Below the pieces are notes generated by a model. That model saw only the letters and a list, made by a program, of their open reading frames with translations. It searched no databases and was not told the origin of the DNA. The translations under genes and the position numbers were made by a program. Below, one piece after another: positions 57,619-64,000 of a DNA stretch of 64,000 nucleotides (position 1 is the first letter of the stretch; every line of letters begins with the position of its first letter). This stretch comes from an uncultured Nitrososphaerota archaeon (lineage in GTDB: Archaea > Thermoproteota > Nitrososphaeria > Conexivisphaerales > DTJL01): positions 320,001 to 384,000 of the forward strand of contig CAWJIE010000003.1 of the NCBI GenBank assembly GCA_963842885.1. The letters run 5' to 3'.

Positions 57619-58449
57619 CTAGACTACTGTCAGCACCAGAGCGGCGACTATCAGCGCCCCAGCCAACAGGTCGCTGGCTCCTGGTTTTTCCTTCCCGAGA
57701 GCCTTCGAAAAGAGCTGTGTAAGGAAGGGGGAAAGGCTCGTCAGCAGGATTGTCATGTTCAGGCCCACTAGAGTCAGAGAGTAAACGAAGAGAGAGGTGC
57801 CAGCGGCAGTGTCTGCGACCGACAAGGCAGCCAGCCAGGCGTGCCTTTTCGCTCCGAAACCCACAGAGCCCTTCGGGCGCCTAACGGCAAAGACGACGCT
57901 GAGGACGATGACGGCCCCGCCGATACGCATGAAAGTGAGGGAAAGCGGGTTTGCCCCTCCGGAGGTCGCCAACTGCAGGACCGTCTGGCCAGCGGTCCAC
58001 AGAACGGAGGCCCCAAGGGCCAGGGCGACTCCCTTGAAGCGCAGACCGGTCCTGTCACCTCTCGACAGGATGTAGATGCCAGCGATGATCAGACACGAGC
58101 TGACGAGGAAGGTGGGGCGAAGTGGCTCCCCGACCAGAGTCGCCGAGAACTGGGTCAGCAGCACGTCCGTGTAGGCCACGGGCGCCGCCACGGACGCCCC
58201 GGCGTACTTGACGGCGTAGAAGTAGAAGGTGTCTCCCGCCACGAGGACCACCACGCCGCTGACCATGGCGTACGGCAAACCTTGGATTGAACCCACCAAG
58301 AGGAAGGGCACCAGCATGGCGAGTCCGCCATAGCAGAGGCGGAGGAGATTGATGGTCGGCGTGTCATACCGAAGAAAGTAGTCCCTGTAGTAGATCGGAC
58401 AGAACGCCCAGATGATGGAGCTGGTGAGGGCTGGGACGGACTCGGACAT
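57619..58449 (-). CDS. EamA/DMT family transporter
   Basis: About 10 TM helices in two repeats; GAS.AAP, LGKEK. Confidence 0.88.
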   Translation of the reverse strand: MSESVPALTSSIIWAFCPIYYRDYFLRYDTPTINLLRLCYGGLAMLVPFLLVGSIQGLPYAMVSGVVVLVAGDTFYFYAVKYAGASVAAPVAYTDVLLTQFSATLVGEPLRPTFLVSSCLIIAGIYILSRGDRTGLRFKGVALALGASVLWTAGQTVLQLATSGGANPLSLTFMRIGGAVIVLSVVFAVRRPKGSVGFGAKRHAWLAALSVADTAAGTSLFVYSLTLVGLNMTILLTSLSPFLTQLFSKALGKEKPGASDLLAGALIVAALVLTVV

Positions 58450-58574
58450 GCTGCTTCGAAATGTCTCCTGATGCGACAGCATGACGGCCGGCCTACTTTA
58501 ACGGTGTCGCCACGGTCGGCTCATCCGAGCTGCCCTGTTGAACTTTAAGCAGAAGATGACAAAACGAGGGGACA

Positions 58575-59150
58575 TTGAGTGACGCCGAGGGACTCTACGT
58601 GGCCGACAGGGGGGCATGGCACAGCTGGTTGTAGAAGCATCATGACCGGAGCCCAGGCGTGTGGCTCGTCTTCTGCAGACGGCAGACAGGGAAGATTTCA
58701 ATCCCATATGACGACGCCGTCGAAGAGGCTCTCTGTTACGGCTGGGTTGACAGCCAGATAAGGCGCACCGACTCGGAGAAGTTCGCGCGCAAGTTCATGC
58801 CGCGCCGACTGAGAAGCAAGTGGTCCCACTCCAATGTGGAACGGGGCCGGAGGATGATTGGCGAAGGGCGAATGACGGAGGCCGGTCTCATTTAGGTCAG
58901 GGAGGCTAAGAGGAGGGGGACATGGTGCGCCCAGGAATCGAGACCCCGCAATCTCCAAACCCCCTCCTTTCTCGGCGACGCCTTGGGGACGAATCCCAGG
59001 GCGGAGACGAACTTCCAAAGGATGGCAGGCTCTTACAGGGATCAGTTCGTGGCCTGGGTCGCCAGCGTCAAGACCAAAGCAATTCGCAGGAAACGCGTGC
59101 TGGAGACGCTGGAAAGGCTCGAGAGAAACGGGAAGCTCGGAATGAAGTGA
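58575..59150 (+). pseudogene. YdeI/OmpD-associated family gene with two in-frame TAG codons (58632, 58893)
   Basis: Single frame: W.SWL*KHH...VWL, AVEEALCYGWVDS, RR..SKWS..N, GRMTEAGLI*V...W, K....R..R. Confidence 0.85.
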
Positions 59151-59237
59151 TGTCATGATCGTCCCTTCGAGCGAATAGGCTTTATGTCACCACTGGGTCC
59201 ATCTCTTGAGCCCACGGCATGGACCAACAGGTGGATT

Positions 59238-59885
59238 GTGTTGCATAGGGTGCTCGTCATGGGTTTCGAGCCTTTCGGGAAGGAGGATGGCAACCCGACG
59301 GACAGGCTGGCCAAGGCGTTCGACGGAAGGATCATAGGCAAGTCGAAAGTGGCGGGGAGGGTCCTTCCGGTCAGCTATCGGAGAGTCGGGGCGAGCTTGC
59401 GCCTTATCCTTGAGAAGGAGAAGCCGCAGGTGGTTGTGGCGACGGGCCTCTGGGGCGGAAGGACGGACATGACGGTCGAAAGGATCGCCGTCAACGTCAT
59501 GGATGCGCGAATCCCCGACAACGACGGTTTCAGCCCGAGGGACTCTCCTGTCGTCAAGGGAGGCCCCGCGGCATACCTTTCGACGTTCCCCTACACGAGG
59601 ATCTTGGCAGACATGAGGAGGGAGGGAGTGCCAGCCACTCTATCGTACTCGGCGGGGACCTTCATATGCAACGCCCTGCTCTACCACTTGCTTCACTACG
59701 CGCACAGGTATGGCATCCCCCGGCTTGGAGGCTTCCTTCATGTCCCCAACCTGCCGGAAGAAGTCATTTCAAAGCAGGGTGCTTTCGGTATGTCAAAGCC
59801 CAGCATGTCTTTCACCTTGATGGAGAAGGCCGTCGAGGTGGCCGTGCTGGACAGCCTCGATGAAATCGAGGAATCCCGGCGGTAG
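59238..59885 (+). CDS. pcp: Pyroglutamyl-peptidase I
   Basis: GFEPF, ER.A.N, AGTFICN (Cys), GFLHVP (His). Confidence 0.94.
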   Translation: MLHRVLVMGFEPFGKEDGNPTDRLAKAFDGRIIGKSKVAGRVLPVSYRRVGASLRLILEKEKPQVVVATGLWGGRTDMTVERIAVNVMDARIPDNDGFSPRDSPVVKGGPAAYLSTFPYTRILADMRREGVPATLSYSAGTFICNALLYHLLHYAHRYGIPRLGGFLHVPNLPEEVISKQGAFGMSKPSMSFTLMEKAVEVAVLDSLDEIEESRR

Positions 59886-59987
59886 GTCGGCCCGGACCAG
59901 AGGAGCGAACCCTGCGGCGCGCGTGGGGCCTCTGCATCACCCTAGGGTTTGGCAGATTGCGCCACGCATGACCTTTGGAAAGATTGT

Positions 59988-61766
59988 CTATGTGGAACTC
60001 TCTACGTTCAGGGCCCTGGGCAGCGTAATCACGGCTGTGGTACCCTTCCCTTCTTCGCTCCTGACGTCGATTTCCCCGCCGTGGGCCTCCACGAGTCGCT
60101 GGCAGATCGCCAGGCCAAGTCCTAGACCCTTGGCCTTCGTTGTGAAGAAGGGGCTGAAGAGCTGCCGTAGCGTCGTCGAGTCCATCCCGACGCCCGTGTC
60201 GCCGACTTCGGCAACGACCTTGTCTGCATCGGCCCTGACGGACAAGCTCAAAATCCCTCCGGAGGGCATGGCCTCCACTGCGTTGGAGATGAGGTTCTGG
60301 AAGACGCGCTTCAACTTGGCCAGGTCGCCGTTGACGAATGCGCCGGTGTCAAGGTTGCGAACAAGCTTGACGGACGGAGGAAGGTCCAGACCAGAGGCAA
60401 ACTGCCCTAGCATGGACCCCAGGTCCAATCTCTCACTGTTCAGGTCGGTCGCCCTCGAGTACTGAAGAAGATCGTCGATTATCTTGCTAGAGTGTTCGAC
60501 CGCCCCCTCGACGGATCTGATTGAATCCTCTATCTTGTCGCCCAGGTCTTCGGGCAGGACGTTCTTGATGTAAAAGAGATTGGTGTTGATGGCCGTCAGA
60601 GGGTTACGTAGGTCGTGGGCCACCTGGGCGGCCAGGCTGCCGATGGCGGCCAGACGCTCGGACTGCACCAACAGTTGGTGTGCTTTCTCCAACTCTTCCG
60701 TGCGCTCCTTGACTTTCTTCTCTAGACCAACACTGTACGACTTGAGCTCGTCTTCCGCCTCCTTCCTGGCGGTCACGTCCTGTACCTGCGATATCGAATA
60801 GAGGGGCTGGCCACCCGCGTCGCGCACAAGGGAGACGCTCAGGGTCGCCCAGATGACCTTGCCGTCCTTCCTTACGTATCGCTGCTCCACCTGGTAGGAG
60901 GCGAGCTTCCCCTCCCTCATCCGGAGGCTATAGTCCGAGTTGACGTCCCTGTCCTCCACATAGGTGACCTCTTCGAAAGTCTTGGCAAGGAGCTCCTGCT
61001 CCGTATAGCCCAAGGTTTCGCATAGGGCCCTGTTGACCTTCATCCAGCGGCCGTCCAAGCCTGTCATGGCCATCCCCACGGCCGCGTCTTCGAAGGCCGA
61101 CTTGAAGCTCCTCGCAGTGTCGATGAGCGCCGCCCTCTCGAGTTTTCTCTCGGAGATGTCCTCCATCACCTCGATGGCTCCCCACAAGCGTCCGCTTTCG
61201 TCGCGCACCGGTAGGGTGGTCACCAGCATGTCGAGGTTAGTGCCGTCCTTGTTCTTCCGCACTTGTTCAGAGTTGTAGGTCCCCACTCCTCCGAAGGCTT
61301 TCAGCAACTCATATCTGAAGCCAGGTAACAGTTCGGCGGGCACGGTGGGGTCGGCCTTGCCCAACACCTCCTCTCGCTTCCATCCGAAGATGTGCTCCGC
61401 GGGGAGGTTCCAGGATTCCAAGTTCCCCCGGAGGTCAGTTGAAGCGACTGCCAGGGGCGACGCATCCAAGAAGGTCCTTAGGCTTTGGCTGGCCGTCTCC
61501 TTGGACCTATCGGCTGAATCGACATCGTGCACGTAGCGTCTTGCGAGGAGAAGTACTGAAACTCCGGAGGTAACCGCGTAAAGCAGGTCCAGCGCGATGG
61601 TCAGCCAGAGTGCGAAGGTCCTGTCTGCCACAAGGCCAAGGACAAGAAGGTCGGAGGAAAGGAGGAAGGCAACCGACATGGACAGCCACAGGAGGAGGAG
61701 AGCGTCGGGTTCTGAGAGATGCGTAAGGCGTTGCACGTACTTGATCAGGTCGTGGGGAGACTCCAA
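59988..61766 (-). CDS. Membrane PAS-PAS sensor histidine kinase
   Basis: Two TM, two PAS/PAC, H-box AHDLRNPL, NLISNA, DTGVG, FFTTK, GLGLGL. Confidence 0.94.
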   Translation of the reverse strand: MESPHDLIKYVQRLTHLSEPDALLLLWLSMSVAFLLSSDLLVLGLVADRTFALWLTIALDLLYAVTSGVSVLLLARRYVHDVDSADRSKETASQSLRTFLDASPLAVASTDLRGNLESWNLPAEHIFGWKREEVLGKADPTVPAELLPGFRYELLKAFGGVGTYNSEQVRKNKDGTNLDMLVTTLPVRDESGRLWGAIEVMEDISERKLERAALIDTARSFKSAFEDAAVGMAMTGLDGRWMKVNRALCETLGYTEQELLAKTFEEVTYVEDRDVNSDYSLRMREGKLASYQVEQRYVRKDGKVIWATLSVSLVRDAGGQPLYSISQVQDVTARKEAEDELKSYSVGLEKKVKERTEELEKAHQLLVQSERLAAIGSLAAQVAHDLRNPLTAINTNLFYIKNVLPEDLGDKIEDSIRSVEGAVEHSSKIIDDLLQYSRATDLNSERLDLGSMLGQFASGLDLPPSVKLVRNLDTGAFVNGDLAKLKRVFQNLISNAVEAMPSGGILSLSVRADADKVVAEVGDTGVGMDSTTLRQLFSPFFTTKAKGLGLGLAICQRLVEAHGGEIDVRSEEGKGTTAVITLPRALNVESST

Positions 61767-62109
61767 TCGGCATCCTTCCGGTGTATACAGGAAATAGCGA
61801 ACTCACGTTAAAGCTTTTGAGATGGACATTCAGCGATTGCTGGAGCCCCAGTTCGGGGCGGGAAAGTTGTGGAGGACGGTTTCCCGATGAGGACCTTGTT
61901 CGAACTGGTGTTGAGGAGACAACGCATCAACTCGAGCCCTCGAAAGAGTTGTTCGACGCTGGTGGGCGGACATAGCGGGACTGACCCTGTCCAGAATGGT
62001 TCAAGCGGCCGGCTGATGGCAACGGATTCTTTTGCGTCTTTCGGAGAACGACCTCTTTGACCTGCTCCATAATCAATAAATACACACCAGCAGGCAACCT
62101 CAGAAACGA

Positions 62110-62187
62110 GCGGTGGTCGTCTAGCCTAGTCTAGGACATCAGCCTGCCACGCTGGTAACGCGAGTCCAAATCTCGCCCACCGCACCA
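62110..62187 (+). tRNA. tRNA-Gly(GCC), CCA encoded, non-canonical A18 and C55
   Basis: GCGGTGG/CCACCGC acceptor, TCAGC-CTGCCAC-GCTGG anticodon arm, GCGAG-TCCAAAT-CTCGC T arm. Confidence 0.9.
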
Positions 62188-62701
62188 GCAATTCTGTCCA
62201 AATCCCTGCTATCGACATGGGTTTTTCCTATCTCGCTTGACGACTGCATGGGATTATCCAAGAGGTAGAGTAGCTCTGACTGACATAAAAAGGCCATGTC
62301 GTCCGCTCCTGAGAAGTTGTAGGTTGATTGGGCGTGGGACCTGTTCGTCATCAACCGAACAATCCCCACCACAGACCCACTGACCATGGGTCCGAAGGGA
62401 CGAGTGCTCACATGGGTTCACAAAGCGGACTCCTCTGACCTGACAGAGTGCCCGTCGGGAACCGCTTCCACATAAGCCCTCTAACGGGCTGGGGCCCAAG
62501 GCGACCCCGTCAGAGATGTTCTATGACGATTACGGATAGCAAAGTTGGCAACCTAGCTGACTCGGTCGCTCTTGCTTACTCATTCGGGAGCCATAAGACG
62601 GTTTTCCGTCATTCACTTGGGGCCATGTAACTGAGTTACGTAACTTAAATCCGACAGGCATTTAGTCCAGACCAGACAGAGTCTTTTCGACCCACTAAGG
62701 T

Positions 62702-63322
62702 ATGCTGCAGATGCAAGATATCTGGAAGTCTTACGGTGCGATAAAGGTACTGGAGGGCGTCGGCCTCGAGGTCGAGGACGGCCATTCCATGTGCATCTAC
62801 GGGCAGAGCGGTTGCGGAAAGTCGACCCTGCTGAAGCTCGTAGCGCTAATCACGTCACCTGAGAGGGGGGCGCTTGTCGTAGACGGCACGGACACCACAA
62901 AACTGACGCCAAGCCAATTGGAGGAGTTCAGGAAGGAAAAGATAGCCTACTCCTTCCAAGAGCCGCTTCTTATCCCATACATCAGCGCAGTCGAGAACAT
63001 AACGGATATCGTGGGCGCGCCCAGGGACAGGGCCGTCGAGATGCTCTCTTCGTTGGGCCTGTCCCAAAGGCTTAACCACAGGCCTGGCAAACTCAGCGTG
63101 GGCGAAAAGAAAAGGGTGGACGTAGCTCGGGCTATGCTGAAAGGGTCGAAAATCATCGTGGCCGACGAGCCCCTGTCGAACCTCGACCCATCCACGGCGG
63201 AGACAGTGATGGCGCTGCTGAAGGAGCACACGTCAAAGGGTGGCATCTTGATCTATTCCTCCGTAGAGCCGACCGAATCCAAGTTCGCTGACGCCGCCTT
63301 CAACATGCAGAAGAGGGGCTGA
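62702..63322 (+). CDS. ABC transporter ATP-binding protein (LolD/MacB-like)
   Basis: GQSGCGKS, SFQ, LSVGEKKR, ADEP..NLD; switch His absent. Confidence 0.9.
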   Translation: MLQMQDIWKSYGAIKVLEGVGLEVEDGHSMCIYGQSGCGKSTLLKLVALITSPERGALVVDGTDTTKLTPSQLEEFRKEKIAYSFQEPLLIPYISAVENITDIVGAPRDRAVEMLSSLGLSQRLNHRPGKLSVGEKKRVDVARAMLKGSKIIVADEPLSNLDPSTAETVMALLKEHTSKGGILIYSSVEPTESKFADAAFNMQKRG

Positions 63323-63361
63323 CCGACCCCCTGCAAGCAACGTCAGGCTTGGGTGCTGCGA

Positions 63362-64000
63362 ATGAGACGTGTCGTTCTCACTCTCGTGCTCCGAAAGATC
63401 GCCAGAGAGGTCGGATGGACTCTGCTGGTCGTGGCGGTCATGGGCGCGGCCTTCTCGGGGGTGATGGTCGTCCCTTCGGTGGGGTCGTCGCTCGGGTCGG
63501 GTCTGAGGGACTACGCGAACACTGTGGGCACGTACATGATAGTCGCGCCCGTCAACTCGCCATCCGCGACCCTGCCCGCGGAAGCGGTAGAGAACATCAC
63601 TTCGGTCGAAGGGATTGAGGCGTCGTATCCCTTCTCCGCGAACAGCACTTTCTTCATCGTGCCTGGGGGAAATGCCACGAGCCTCCAGAACAGGGAAGCA
63701 CTGAGCGCAGTCGTAGGCGACGGCTACTTCCCACCCGAGCTGCTGTCTCTGACCTCAGGACGGATGCCATCCGCCAGCGGAGAGTACGTGCTCAACACGG
63801 AGGCGCCACCGATGGGTGGGATGGGCAGCATACAGGAGGCGTTCTTCTCGTGCTACTCCTGCGGCCAAGGAGGCGTCTTGGGCACGACGTTCAGCGCGAC
63901 CGACGTGGGGGCCGTGGCCACGGACCTCTACCTTTCGGACATTCAGGTGTTCTGGAATGCCACCTTCGTCGAAAACCAACTGGGGGCATCCACGTTTCAA
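63362..64000 (+). CDS. ABC permease (MacB/FtsX-like), 3' truncated by window
   Basis: Open frame from ATG 63362 to window end; N-terminal TM, I.SVEGI, GRMP extracellular-core pattern. Confidence 0.75.
   Translation, partial: MRRVVLTLVLRKIAREVGWTLLVVAVMGAAFSGVMVVPSVGSSLGSGLRDYANTVGTYMIVAPVNSPSATLPAEAVENITSVEGIEASYPFSANSTFFIVPGGNATSLQNREALSAVVGDGYFPPELLSLTSGRMPSASGEYVLNTEAPPMGGMGSIQEAFFSCYSCGQGGVLGTTFSATDVGAVATDLYLSDIQVFWNATFVENQLGASTFQ

Noticed and set aside
59921-59967. Hairpin GCGTGG/CCACGC with TCTGC/GCAGA between convergent genes
   Set aside because: No K-loop or ACA box; short GC helices are expected by chance or reflect a simple 3' end structure.
63571-63581. 11-nt match to the tRNA-Phe 3' end as a possible att site
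   Set aside because: Short, inverted relative to the tRNA, inside a CDS, and no integrase is present.
1-64000. Many long antisense/shadow ORFs; CRISPR, IS or provirus; genome-wide amber recoding
   Set aside because: Shadow ORFs mirror real genes in a GC-rich genome and lack motifs. I saw no spaced repeats, transposase or capsid genes. TAG terminates many core genes here.

Overview
GC-rich archaeal chromosomal window. Gene content and order (short rpl15e, wHTH-fused RibL, SepF, two proteasome beta subunits, intron-containing tRNA, many leaderless TTG/GTG starts) best fit a TACK archaeon, probably a non-ammonia-oxidising Nitrososphaerota lineage (inference). About 1-35 kb is a dense housekeeping block: rpiA, rpl37e/Lsm, aCPSF1-psmB, egsA, KEOPS superoperon, RNase P proteins, fen1, cdc48, EF-1beta. 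About 35-64 kb is accessory: small enzymes, GNATs, orphans, gene remnants, tRNA-Phe and tRNA-Gly. I saw no CRISPR array, IS, integrase or rRNA. Several genes carry single-base +1 frameshifts that look like assembly errors. Best leads: (1) a translationally coupled operon of an anticodon-domain-less CysRS paralog, a two-domain GNAT and an HExxH protein, resembling MshC/MshD; (2) both tRNAs deviate at near-invariant elbow positions, including a covarying A18/C55 pair; (3) several unannotated structured intergenic RNAs and a box C/D sRNA; (4) a membrane-anchored wHTH regulator operon; (5) a catalytically altered T7 endonuclease I-like protein. All calls are from motif recognition by eye; no searches or folding programs were run.
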